A stretch of 64,000 nt of DNA from an uncultured Roseobacter sp. Lineage in GTDB: Bacteria > Pseudomonadota > Alphaproteobacteria > Rhodobacterales > Rhodobacteraceae. Below are positions 55,627-64,000 of the stretch, piece after piece. The notes under the pieces are model-generated. The model ran no database searches. It saw nothing but the letters and a program-made list of their open reading frames with translations, and was not told the origin of the DNA. The DNA lies in assembly GCA_965365545.1 (NCBI GenBank), contig CBDUCB010000001.1, positions 8,649 to 72,648 of the forward strand. The letters are read 5' to 3'. A program made the position numbers and the translations under genes. The number at the start of each line of letters is the position of its first letter. The stretch's first letter is position 1.

Positions 55627-56205
55627 ATGAACACGCCTGCGCATCTGCTTTTAGGGGCTGCCGCGATGGCGCGCAGTGGTGATCGCCGGATCATTCTTGC
55701 TGCGCTGGCGGGAGCATTGCTGCCCGACCTGTCGCTTTATCTCATGGCCGGCGGGGCGCTTTATTTCTTTGCCATCCCGCCGCGCGTGGTTTTCGATGAG
55801 CTTTACTTTTCCCAAAGCTGGCAGACGGTTTTTGCGATCGACAATTCATTTATTGTCTGGGGGGGCCTGGCCATGCTGGCACTCTGGTACCGCAGCGCGT
55901 GGGCGACTGCCCTGACGGGGGCCGCGCTGTTGCATTTGTGCCTCGACTTTCCGTTGCATCATGACGACGGACGGGCGCATTTCTGGCCGCTCTCCGGATG
56001 GATATACGAAAGCCCCTACAGCTACTGGGACAGGGGGCAGGGGGCGCATCTGGTCGCGCCGCTGGAGGCTTTTGTCGCTGTGGTTGCGGCCCTCGTGCTG
56101 TGGCGACGCAGGTTAGGCCCGGGGCTCTCTGTGCTGGTTCTGGTTCTGCTTGCGGCAGAACTCTGGGTTGTGCGCCAATGGCTTTTCATCTTTGACATGG
56201 CCTGA
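55627..56205 (+). CDS. membrane-bound metal-dependent hydrolase (YdjM/DUF457-like)
   Basis: N-terminus MNTPAHLLLGAAA, several TM helices and a His-rich motif (DFPLHHDDGRAHFWP). Confidence 0.65.
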   Translation: MNTPAHLLLGAAAMARSGDRRIILAALAGALLPDLSLYLMAGGALYFFAIPPRVVFDELYFSQSWQTVFAIDNSFIVWGGLAMLALWYRSAWATALTGAALLHLCLDFPLHHDDGRAHFWPLSGWIYESPYSYWDRGQGAHLVAPLEAFVAVVAALVLWRRRLGPGLSVLVLVLLAAELWVVRQWLFIFDMA

Positions 56206-56213
56206 AAACGCAC

Positions 56214-56243
56214 AAAAGCGCGCCCGAAGTGGGGCGCGCTTTT
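56214..56243. terminator. bidirectional rho-independent terminator
   Basis: A 12-bp stem AAAAGCGCGCCC / GGGCGCGCTTTT with a 6-nt loop GAAGTG and A/T tracts on both sides, between convergent genes. Confidence 0.6.
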
Positions 56244-56265
56244 GTGTAATGAATTCAGTTATTTG

Positions 56266-56586
56266 TTACGCGGCTTCGGCTTGCTGCGCGGCGTTGCGGC
56301 GCTCCGATTCCTCGCGTGACAGAGCAACAGATGTTCGCACACCCTTGCCCACGAAATCCATAAGGCCAGAGACCACACGCTCGTTGGGGTCAATGCCTGC
56401 ACAGCTCAGTACTTCGCGGCCATCACGGGACCGCGCCCAGCGGGCGATCTGCTCAGGACCATTGCCGTACTTCTTGTCGTCGGCGATGGCGTCGTCCAGT
56501 GCAGCCAGTACCACAGCTGCAAAAAGTTTGCGTGCACGGTTGCCTTGCTCGTTATTGAAGGCTGTGCCGTCAACGAAATCTTTCAT
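56266..56586 (-). CDS. hypothetical protein (106 aa), no recognised domain
   Basis: Codon usage is GC3-rich and coding-like, and the gene is bounded by a terminator and a structured promoter region. I cannot assign a family. Confidence 0.6.
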   Translation of the reverse strand: MKDFVDGTAFNNEQGNRARKLFAAVVLAALDDAIADDKKYGNGPEQIARWARSRDGREVLSCAGIDPNERVVSGLMDFVGKGVRTSVALSREESERRNAAQQAEAA

Positions 56587-56807
56587 CTCGTCGTCCTTTC
56601 CATTATTCTTGCTCTTGTCTTTCCGGCGTGACGTCCCTTATGGCGGGTTTCGGTCGATTCGGATACCCTGTAATTGCATGCCCCATATGCAAAATTTGCA
56701 TGGCTTTTTGCACGTGCATCATAAGGTATGGTTGCCTTGTCACCCCTCAGTCCTGCAGATATAGGGTGGCCTGACAATTCAACAACCTTTTGCCACAGGC
56801 CGGATCC

Positions 56808-57371
56808 ATGCCAAAAATTAACGGAAACGAAATTCGCCCCGGAAACGTTCTGGATCACAACGGTGGTCTGTGGGCGGCTGTCAAAGTTGATCATGTAAAA
56901 CCCGGTAAAGGCGGCGCGTTCGCACAGGTTGAACTCCGCAACCTGCGCAATGGTTCCAAGCTCAACGAACGCTTCCGCAGCGCCGACAAGGTCGAGAGGG
57001 TGCGTCTGGAGCAGAAAGACCAGCAGTTTCTGTATGAAGACGCAGGTATGCTCGTTGTCATGGATACCGAAACGTACGAACAGGTCCAGTTGCCTGCCGA
57101 GCTTCTGGGCGAACGTCGCCCGTTTCTGCAGGACGGCATGACGCTTGTCGTGGAATTCTATGATGACGAGGCGCTTAACGCGACGCTGCCGCAAAAGGTC
57201 GTCTGCAAGATCGTCGAAACCGAGCCGGTGGTCAAAGGTCAGACGGCTGCGAATTCGTTCAAACCTGCCGTGCTGGACAATGGCGTGAAAGTCATGGTCC
57301 CGCCCTTCGTGGGTCAGGATGAGGACATCGTCGTGAACACCGAGACGATGGAATATTCCGAACGCGCCTGA
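56808..57371 (+). CDS. efp: elongation factor P
   Basis: Full-length EF-P similarity ([14 protein letters not shown]..., VKPGKGGAF loop). I moved the start to the ATG at 56808. Confidence 0.9.
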   Translation: MPKINGNEIRPGNVLDHNGGLWAAVKVDHVKPGKGGAFAQVELRNLRNGSKLNERFRSADKVERVRLEQKDQQFLYEDAGMLVVMDTETYEQVQLPAELLGERRPFLQDGMTLVVEFYDDEALNATLPQKVVCKIVETEPVVKGQTAANSFKPAVLDNGVKVMVPPFVGQDEDIVVNTETMEYSERA

Positions 57372-57397
57372 CCTGCGTAACAGATTGCAGACGGCAA

Positions 57398-57427
57398 AGC
57401 TCCCGTTATTGCGGGGGCTTTTTTGTG
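57398..57427 (+). terminator. rho-independent terminator after efp
   Basis: Stem AGCTCCCG / CGGGGGCT (one G-U pair) with loop TTATTG, followed by TTTTTGTG. Confidence 0.6.
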
Positions 57428-57436
57428 TTGCGGCTG

Positions 57437-58177
57437 TTATGCGTCCGTCCGCAGGACGCGGGCCTCGCCCGCCTGCATCGGTCCTGTCGCCCGGTCATAC
57501 CGCAGGTACGCGATGGCGGCATCGCCGCTGCGGGACAGCAGGGTACCTGCCGGTTTGCCGGAAACGGTGATTTCTGCCCCGGGGTCTGCCGGTCCTGTGA
57601 CCGAGACCCGTGCCAGCCCTTTACGCAACTCGGTTTTGTGTTTCATGCGGGCAGTGACTTCCTGTCCGACATAGCAACCCTTGCGGAAATCTACGCCATT
57701 CAGCCGCTCGAACCCGGCCTCGAGTATGAATGTATCAGGGGTGAGTTCGACACCGCTTTGCGGGATGAGATGCGCCACGCGCAGCGCTGTCCAGTCCGTG
57801 TCGTCCTGCGCCTGCGGCGTGTCGCGGTAAGCGCGCCATCCCAGGGCCTCGTGGCGCGGGTCGGCAAAGCCGTCCCCGGGTCTCTCACCTGTGCCCCGGT
57901 GGACATGCAGGTCGACGGGGGTAATCGTAACATCGGCACGCAACTTGTACATATTCAGCCTTGCCATCAGCATATCAGCCAGCGGACAAGCCACATCCAG
58001 CAGCACAGCATCACCCCGGCGCAGCAGAAAGAAATCAGCAATGTATTTGCCCTGCGGCGTCAGCAGCGCGGCATAAACCAGACCGTTTTCAAGTCCGGCG
58101 ATATCGTTGGTGATCAGCCCCTGCAGAAAGTCATCCACATCACGGCCGGTCAGTTTCAGGGTGCGACGTTTGGACAT
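57437..58177 (-). CDS. ygfZ: YgfZ-type folate-binding protein (Fe-S cluster repair/assembly factor)
   Basis: Conserved motif KGCYVGQE and a GcvT-like fold. I moved the start to the ATG at 58177 (MSKRRTLKL); the upstream 125 codons of the ORF are antisense to the GT2 gene region. Confidence 0.8.
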   Translation of the reverse strand: MSKRRTLKLTGRDVDDFLQGLITNDIAGLENGLVYAALLTPQGKYIADFFLLRRGDAVLLDVACPLADMLMARLNMYKLRADVTITPVDLHVHRGTGERPGDGFADPRHEALGWRAYRDTPQAQDDTDWTALRVAHLIPQSGVELTPDTFILEAGFERLNGVDFRKGCYVGQEVTARMKHKTELRKGLARVSVTGPADPGAEITVSGKPAGTLLSRSGDAAIAYLRYDRATGPMQAGEARVLRTDA

Positions 58178-58246
58178 AGGGGGCTCCTCACAGGCCTTTG
58201 GGTGCCATATAAGGTTACAACTGCCAAGGGGAAGAGGCGGCGAATT

Positions 58247-58921
58247 ATGCGCGCACCGATATCGGTTATCGTGCCGACACTGAATGCTGAAACGCGTCTG
58301 GGCGACTGCCTCGGCTCGCTCATGCCCGGTCTTGAGGCCGGGTTGATCCGTGAGCTTATTGTGACGGACGGTGGTTCTGACGACGATACCGTTGCCGTGG
58401 CCCGGGCCTGGGGGGCGGAAATCGTTTCCGGCCCGGCGTCGCGCGGCGGACAACTGGCGCGCGGATGTGATGCCGCACAGGGCAGGTGGCTGATGGTGCT
58501 GCATGCCGATACAGTGCTGCAACCCGGATGGGTCGGGCCTGTCATTCGTCACATGAAAACGGATAATGCGGGCTGGTTCCGTCTTGCATTTGGCACCCGT
58601 GGTATTGCCGGTCGGCTGGTCGCGGCATGGGCTAATCTGCGCAGCCGCTTTGGCCTGCCCTACGGCGATCAGGGGTTGCTTGTTCCGGCCGCCCTCTACC
58701 GCAGTGTGGGGGGGTATCCTGATCAGCCGCTGATGGAGGATGTTGCTCTGGCGCGGGCGCTGTCAGGCCGTCTGACGATGATTGATGCTGTCGCGCAGAC
58801 CTCACCGGCACGCTACATGCAACAGGGCTGGCTGCGACGTGGTGCGCGCAACCTCTGGACACTCACCCGGTATTTCTGCGGTGTATCGCCGGCGCGGCTC
58901 GCCGAAAGCTACCGGCGTTAG
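58247..58921 (+). CDS. family 2 glycosyltransferase
   Basis: N-terminus ISVIVPTLNAE...VTDGGSDDDT is typical of GT2. I moved the start to the ATG at 58247; the remainder of ORF 57425..58921 is an in-frame shadow of ygfZ. Confidence 0.8.
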   Translation: MRAPISVIVPTLNAETRLGDCLGSLMPGLEAGLIRELIVTDGGSDDDTVAVARAWGAEIVSGPASRGGQLARGCDAAQGRWLMVLHADTVLQPGWVGPVIRHMKTDNAGWFRLAFGTRGIAGRLVAAWANLRSRFGLPYGDQGLLVPAALYRSVGGYPDQPLMEDVALARALSGRLTMIDAVAQTSPARYMQQGWLRRGARNLWTLTRYFCGVSPARLAESYRR

Positions 58922-60771
58922 CGAAAGATAATCGAGCTTAGCTTCTGCAGAAGACCCGACGTGGCGGGCACTGCAGGATCATGGCGGGCAGCAGGGCCCC
59001 TCGCGCGGTTGTCGGTAACGGTCTTTCCGTCCTGAAACTGCAGACGGTAGAGATCGGCGTAAATGCCGCCCCGCTCCAGGAGTTCGTCATGCGCGCCCTC
59101 GTCCACCACACGCCCGCGGTCCATCACAACAATTTTGTCGGCGCCACGCACCGTTGAGAGCCGGTGCGCGATGACCAGCGTCGTGCGCCCCTCGGCAAGG
59201 GTATCGAGTGCTTCCTGAACCACCTTTTCGGACTGGGCATCCAGTGCTGAGGTCGCTTCGTCCAGCAGCAGAACGGGGGTGTCGCGCAGCAGCGCGCGGG
59301 CGATCACCACCCGCTGGCGCTGGCCACCGGAGAGGGCAGAGCCGCGCGGGCCCACCCGCGTATCGAGCCCTGCCGGCAGTTTGGCCAGAAAGCTGGTGAC
59401 ATGTGCGGCATCAAGCACGGGCACAAGGTCTTCATCCGAGACATCCTCACGCCCCATCAGGATATTTTCGCGCAGTGTCTCGTCAAAGAGCAACGCTTCC
59501 TGGGTCACGACCGAGTACAGTCCACGCAAATCGGCGAGCGAAACCGCGTCGGTTGCGACGCCACCGATCAGGATTTTTCCGTCATCGGGGTCCACCAGTC
59601 GGGTCAGCAGGTTGAATATCGTCGATTTGCCGGCTCCTGAGGCGCCGACAAGCGCCGTGGTTTGCCCCGCCTCTGCGATCAGATTCAGGTTTTCCAGAAT
59701 ACGCGCCTCGCCATAGCTGAGCGACACGTCTTCAAGGCGGATATCCGGCGTGCCGGTGGGGGCCGCAGCCGGAGAAACAGGCGAGGTCAGCCGGATCGGG
59801 GCGTCCATCAGTTCCTTGATCCGTTCGATGGATGCGGCAGCGGTCTGCCACAACCCGCTGATCGCGCCCAGACGCCGCATCGGATCAAAGGCAAACCCCA
59901 TGGCGGTGAAAAAGCTCATGAACTGACCGATGGTTTTTTCACCTGCGATAATCTCCGAGCCGCCATAGATGATCACCGCCAGAAAGCCGAAGCCCGAAAT
60001 GATATCGATCATCGCCGGGATTGCGGCGGAGCCAAAAATCGTGCGGACCTGGGTGCGCACATACTGGTCGGTCAGGTTGCGGTACTGGCGGGCCTGGTAT
60101 TCTTCGGCACCGTTAAGCTTGATCTGAACGATGCCGTGGAAAATCTCATCCAGCCTGTTGGACAGCGACGCGCCCAGATCGCGGGCCTCACGGGCGCGTT
60201 TGCGCACGAAGCGCTGCGCCAGGGCTGCGGGCATCACCAGTACCGGGATGCCGATACAGGCCAGCAGCGCCCAGACCGGGTCAACACTGATCGCCACGCC
60301 GAGCAGCACAAACAAACCGATAAAATCACGCCCGGCGCCGGTAACGATAGCGCGCCACACGTCATTCACGGCGTTCACGTCGGATTGCACACGCTGGATC
60401 AGGAACCCCGGCGGGTGGGACTGATGAAAGGTGCCGTCCTGCTGCATCATCCGGCCCAGCAGGTCATTGCGCAGGCTTGCCGCGGATTTCTCCGCGATGC
60501 GGGTCAGCAGGACTTTCTGCATGACACCGGACACCGCACGCATCAGGAAAATGCCGATGAGCACCGCGCCGACCACCGCCAGCATCGAGCTCTGACCGGC
60601 CACAAAGACCTGATCGAACATCGGCTGCATCAGCCAGGCGAGTGCGCCCAGCATCGATCCTTCGATGATCATAAAGAAAACAGCGACGGCAAGCGTGCCC
60701 AGGTGGCGGTTCAGATACCCGCGCCACAACCATTTCATCAGATGGGCAGAAGCTTGATCGTTATCGCGCAT
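58918..60771 (-). CDS. ABC transporter permease/ATPase fusion (MsbA-like exporter)
   Basis: Six-TM domain plus an NBD with Walker A GASGAGKST, signature LSGGQRQR and Walker B LLLDEATSALD. Confidence 0.9.
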   Translation of the reverse strand: MRDNDQASAHLMKWLWRGYLNRHLGTLAVAVFFMIIEGSMLGALAWLMQPMFDQVFVAGQSSMLAVVGAVLIGIFLMRAVSGVMQKVLLTRIAEKSAASLRNDLLGRMMQQDGTFHQSHPPGFLIQRVQSDVNAVNDVWRAIVTGAGRDFIGLFVLLGVAISVDPVWALLACIGIPVLVMPAALAQRFVRKRAREARDLGASLSNRLDEIFHGIVQIKLNGAEEYQARQYRNLTDQYVRTQVRTIFGSAAIPAMIDIISGFGFLAVIIYGGSEIIAGEKTIGQFMSFFTAMGFAFDPMRRLGAISGLWQTAAASIERIKELMDAPIRLTSPVSPAAAPTGTPDIRLEDVSLSYGEARILENLNLIAEAGQTTALVGASGAGKSTIFNLLTRLVDPDDGKILIGGVATDAVSLADLRGLYSVVTQEALLFDETLRENILMGREDVSDEDLVPVLDAAHVTSFLAKLPAGLDTRVGPRGSALSGGQRQRVVIARALLRDTPVLLLDEATSALDAQSEKVVQEALDTLAEGRTTLVIAHRLSTVRGADKIVVMDRGRVVDEGAHDELLERGGIYADLYRLQFQDGKTVTDNRARGPAARHDPAVPATSGLLQKLSSIIFR

Positions 60772-60916
60772 TTAAGGCCTTTTTGCTGCGCCGGACCGCC
60801 GTACCTGTCCGGTGAACTCCGGGTGTAGGCCTCTCACAGGGTCAAAGCAAGGCAGGTGGCGATTGACGCGGATACCCCGGGGGCTAGTGTTGCGCCAAAG
60901 CAAAAGGATGGATTTC

Positions 60917-62125
60917 ATGGCCGGCAAACCAAACCCCGCCGCGGGACGCGGTTATCTTGCGATTCCCGGGCCTTCGGTAATCCCTGAGGCCGTGCTGAAT
61001 GCCATGCACAGGCCTGCGCCAAATATCTATTCGGGTGAACTGCCCGATATGATGCCGGGGATCATGGCAGATCTTAAAAAGGTCGCGCGCACCGGGCATG
61101 ATGTGGCCATCTATATCGGTAACGGGCACGCTGCCTGGGAGGCCGCACTGGCCAATGTGATCGAACCGGGTGATCAGGTGCTGGTGCCGCGCACGGGACA
61201 TTTCTCCTGGGGCTGGGGCGATACCGCTGAGGGTCTCGGCGGCGAGGTGGTCAACGTGGATACCCCGCTGGGCCAGCCGATGGATATGGCGCGGATCACT
61301 CAGGCGCTGGCGGATGACGGCGCGCAGCGGATCAAAGCTGTGCTGGCAGTGCATGTGGATACCTCGACGTCGCTGCGCAACGACATTGCAGCCCTAAGGG
61401 CGGCAATGGATGCCTCCGGTCATCCCGCGCTTCTGATGGTGGACTGTATCGCCTCGCTGGCCTGCGATGTCTTTGAGATGGACGGCTGGGGTGTCGATGT
61501 AATGGTCACCGGCAGCCAGAAGGGCCTGATGGTGCCCCCGGGCATGAGCTTTGTCTTCTTCAATGACAAAGCGGCTGCCGTGCGCTCAGAGATGACCCGG
61601 GTGAGCCGCTACTGGGACTGGACGCCGCGGGCCAACCCTGGGATGTTCATGCAGTACTGGCACGGCACGGCGCCCACGCATCACGTCTATGGCCTGCGCA
61701 CGGCCCTCGATATGATCCACGCCGAGGGCATTGAAAACATCTGGGCGCGTCATGAGGTTTTTGCCCGCGCCATCTGGGCCGCCTGCGATGCGTGGGCACA
61801 GCGTGGCAGTCTGCGCATGACCGTCCGTGACCCGGCCTGCCGCAGCCATGCTGTCACCGGGTTGCAGCTGGAAAGCCCGCAGGCGACGGCATTGCGCGAG
61901 TGGACCGAAGCGCATCTGGGCCTGACGCTGGGCATCGGTCTCGGCATGGCGCCTGCCGGTGATCCGGCGTGGCATGGATATTTCCGTCTGGGGCATATGG
62001 GCCACCTCAACGGTCACATGATCATGGGTCTGCTCGGGGGGATTCAGTCTGGCATGACGGCTCTTGGTCTTGAGCACGGCAGTGGCGCGCTGGATGCCGC
62101 ATCTGAAATCATTGCAGGGGGCTGA
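60917..62125 (+). CDS. class V aminotransferase (serine/alanine-glyoxylate aminotransferase-like)
   Basis: PLP-lysine region VTGSQKGLM. I chose the ATG at 60917 for its better SD spacing; the ATG at 60908 is also possible. Confidence 0.85.
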   Translation: MAGKPNPAAGRGYLAIPGPSVIPEAVLNAMHRPAPNIYSGELPDMMPGIMADLKKVARTGHDVAIYIGNGHAAWEAALANVIEPGDQVLVPRTGHFSWGWGDTAEGLGGEVVNVDTPLGQPMDMARITQALADDGAQRIKAVLAVHVDTSTSLRNDIAALRAAMDASGHPALLMVDCIASLACDVFEMDGWGVDVMVTGSQKGLMVPPGMSFVFFNDKAAAVRSEMTRVSRYWDWTPRANPGMFMQYWHGTAPTHHVYGLRTALDMIHAEGIENIWARHEVFARAIWAACDAWAQRGSLRMTVRDPACRSHAVTGLQLESPQATALREWTEAHLGLTLGIGLGMAPAGDPAWHGYFRLGHMGHLNGHMIMGLLGGIQSGMTALGLEHGSGALDAASEIIAGG

Positions 62126-62341
62126 TCAGCCGGCCGTTTTGCCGGCATAAAGCTGATCGGCCTGCCGGCGCCTGACCGCAACCCAGTTGAGCCAGTGATT
62201 GACGACGAGGCAGATGAATACCGCCGCGACGAGGCCGTAGATCGCGAAAAGAAACAGCAGCACCCAGCCCAGGTTCACGCCGAACATCACGATGCAGGCA
62301 TTGGTAAAGTCCGGTGCACGACCCAGTTTGTGATTTTCCAT
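62126..62341 (-). CDS. small membrane protein (71 aa, two predicted TM helices)
   Basis: Hydrophobic segments ACIVMFGVNLGWVLLFLFAIYGLVAAVFICLVV. It lies downstream of the aminotransferase gene on the same strand. Confidence 0.55.
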   Translation of the reverse strand: MENHKLGRAPDFTNACIVMFGVNLGWVLLFLFAIYGLVAAVFICLVVNHWLNWVAVRRRQADQLYAGKTAG

Positions 62342-62395
62342 CGTTGCCTCACAGGTTGGCTCCTGACGAAAACTATAGCCCTGCGCAGCGATCCG

Positions 62396-63499
62396 TCAGC
62401 AGTTTTCTGCGGTTTTTACCGCGTCGGGCAGGACTTCTGCCAGAATTTCCAGCTGAGCAGGGGTGCCGCAACTGATCCGGATGCAGCGGTTTTGCGGTGC
62501 CACGAAGGGCATGCGCACAAATACGCCCCGCGCATCCAGTTCCGTGAGCACACGTTTTGCAAAATCTGCGTCTTTGCCACAGTCGATCGTCACAAAATTA
62601 GCAGCTGAGGCCAGCGGTCGGAGGCCACAAGCGCCGGCGATCTCGGAAATCTGCAATCGCGCAGAGACGATGCGCGCCAGCACCGACCGCAGCCAGACAT
62701 CGTCCTGAAGCGCGGCGAGCGCACCCGCCTGGGCTGCCCGGTTCATCCCGAAGTGGTTGCGTACTTTGTTGAAGGCGGCAATCAGATCCGGCGCGCCGAT
62801 GGCATAACCCACACGCGCACCGGCGAGACCGTAAGCTTTGGAAAAGGTGCGCAGGCGAATGAGGCGCGGGTCATCCCAGGGCAGGGGCACCTGTGCAGTC
62901 TCCGGCGCGCATTCGATATAAGCCTCGTCCAGGATCAGAAGTGTACCCGCCGGCAGATCATCCATCGCCGCCGCAATCTGATCGCCGGTGTGAAAGCTGC
63001 CCATCGGATTGTCGGGGTTCGACAGATAGACCAGTTTGGCACCGGTTTCCGCAGCCTTTGTAAAAAGGCCTCTGAGGTCTTCATAATCACCGTCATACGG
63101 CACTTTGTGCAGCTCCGCGCCATAGCCAGCAACATGATAGTTAAACGTGGGATAAGCACCGTCCGACGTCACAACCGCATCCCCCGGCGCCACCATCAGC
63201 CGGGCAATATAGCCCAGCAGCCCGTCAATGCCTTCACCAACCATGATTGTCCCGGCGGGTGTCCCGAGGTGTCGGGCGAGCGCCTCGCGCAGATCATAGC
63301 TTTCCGGGTCGCCATACATCCATAACGGGGTTTCCGCCATTGCACGCACCGCTTCCGGCGAGGGACCGAACACGTTCTCATTTGCGCCGAGCCTTGCGCG
63401 GAATCCCTGCCCCTTCTGGCGTTCCCGGGTTTCGGGGCCGACGAAAGGCACGGTGTCAGGCAGGGAGGCGGCCAGCGGGGTCAGTCGGAAATGCGTCAT
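62396..63499 (-). CDS. histidinol-phosphate aminotransferase family (class II PLP aminotransferase)
   Basis: PLP-lysine motif RTFSKAYGLAG and HisC-like length. I moved the start to the ATG at 63499 (MTHFRLTPL). Confidence 0.85.
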   Translation of the reverse strand: MTHFRLTPLAASLPDTVPFVGPETRERQKGQGFRARLGANENVFGPSPEAVRAMAETPLWMYGDPESYDLREALARHLGTPAGTIMVGEGIDGLLGYIARLMVAPGDAVVTSDGAYPTFNYHVAGYGAELHKVPYDGDYEDLRGLFTKAAETGAKLVYLSNPDNPMGSFHTGDQIAAAMDDLPAGTLLILDEAYIECAPETAQVPLPWDDPRLIRLRTFSKAYGLAGARVGYAIGAPDLIAAFNKVRNHFGMNRAAQAGALAALQDDVWLRSVLARIVSARLQISEIAGACGLRPLASAANFVTIDCGKDADFAKRVLTELDARGVFVRMPFVAPQNRCIRISCGTPAQLEILAEVLPDAVKTAENC

Positions 63500-63616
63500 A
63501 GCGCCACTTAAGTGCACCCAGGTCACGGGGGCAAGGGCAGGGGTGCCGTCACGTTTTACTGGCCCGCGACACCCGTTTGCGGTTCTGTGGCTTCACCATA
63601 ACAAGGGAGACCGCCC

Positions 63617-64000
63617 ATGGCGCGCGTCGAGGTTCTGACCGAAGATCACATTGCCCGTGTCACGCTGACCCGTCCGGACAAGAAAAACGCAATGGATCAG
63701 GAGATGATCGATGCGTTGATTGCCGCAGCCGGGCAGATCGCGACGTCTGAGGCGCGTGTTGTTGTGCTGAGCGGGCAGGGCAGTGCCTTTTGCGCGGGCA
63801 TCGATCTGGCGGGCCTTGGAGCGATGATCGGACAGGACATGCAGGCGCTGATCATGCCGCGCACCCATGGCGGGGGTACGACGAACCAGTGGCAGGAGGT
63901 TGCGATGGCCTGGCACCGGCTCCCGGTGCCGGTGATCGCCGCTCTGCACGGGCAGGTTTTTGGTGCGGGTATGCAGCTCGCTCTTGGTGCGGATATTCGT
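63617..64000 (+). CDS. enoyl-CoA hydratase/isomerase family protein (partial, runs off the window)
   Basis: My own translation is MARVEVLTEDHIARVTLTRPDKKNAMD...GQGSAFCAGIDL...ALHGQVFGAGMQLALGADI, a crotonase fold. It is absent from the ORF track because it has no stop in the window. Confidence 0.8.
   Translation, partial: MARVEVLTEDHIARVTLTRPDKKNAMDQEMIDALIAAAGQIATSEARVVVLSGQGSAFCAGIDLAGLGAMIGQDMQALIMPRTHGGGTTNQWQEVAMAWHRLPVPVIAALHGQVFGAGMQLALGADIR

Noticed and set aside
55617-55632. Alphaproteobacterial SOS-box-like GAAC...GAAC upstream of the YdjM-like hydrolase, whose E. coli relatives are LexA-regulated.
   Set aside because: The spacing is 8 nt (GAAC-GTCCTGAT-GAAC), whereas the alphaproteobacterial LexA consensus is GAAC-N7-GAAC. 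The second repeat also lies partly inside the coding start.
57425-58246. N-terminal 274 codons of the 498-aa plus-strand ORF 57425..58921.
   Set aside because: This part is antisense to ygfZ, which carries the KGCYVGQE motif, and has no homology signal. The real glycosyltransferase begins at the ATG at 58247 (MRAPISVIVPTLNAE). The long ORF is an in-frame shadow extension.
1-64000. Search for CRISPR arrays, long tandem or interspersed repeats, IS elements, toxin-antitoxin pairs and known defence systems.
   Set aside because: Reading the intergenic regions and the ORF translations turned up none. This was a manual scan, so short or diverged repeats could have been missed. A self-dot-plot and a defence-system HMM scan would settle it.

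Overview
This is a dense, high-GC chromosomal window. Gene content and synteny look alphaproteobacterial, probably Rhodobacterales/roseobacter-like, but that assignment is inference only. I call about 62 protein-coding genes and one tRNA-Cys. I saw no rRNA, CRISPR array, transposase, integrase or obvious prophage or defence genes. Bases 1-25 kb are mostly housekeeping: tldD; the aa3 cytochrome oxidase cluster ctaC-ctaB-(unlisted 54-codon ORF)-ctaG-ctaE; an overlapping SURF1-thrC-M16 peptidase-GNAT string; apt; mtnP; a SulP transporter; and lysC-ptsP. Bases 25-52 kb are an accessory transport and catabolism block. It holds LysR with a DUF1445 hydro-lyase and a TRAP transporter, an orphan sensor kinase with two periplasmic binding domains, and a GntR-controlled NitT/TauT-type ABC transporter with an FAH hydrolase. 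It also holds a roughly 10 kb minus-strand gene string: FAH, PhtD-like, TauE, TctCBA, LVIVD propeller, OsmC and a two-subunit molybdoenzyme. This is followed by a second paralogous GntR with an acyl-CoA ligase and a KPR-like reductase. Bases 52-64 kb return to core genes: tRNA-Cys, pcm-tolC-PopZ-like, efp, ygfZ, a GT2, an MsbA-like ABC exporter and two aminotransferases. The best candidate for an undescribed system is the translationally coupled TTT-LVIVD-OsmC-IorAB operon and its GntR-framed island (about 33-52 kb). It is a candidate catabolic module, not a defence or mobile system, and its substrate cannot be read from the sequence. Many long ORFs in the track are antisense shadow ORFs typical of high-GC DNA and were rejected. 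Several start codons were moved inward from the ORF-track coordinates.
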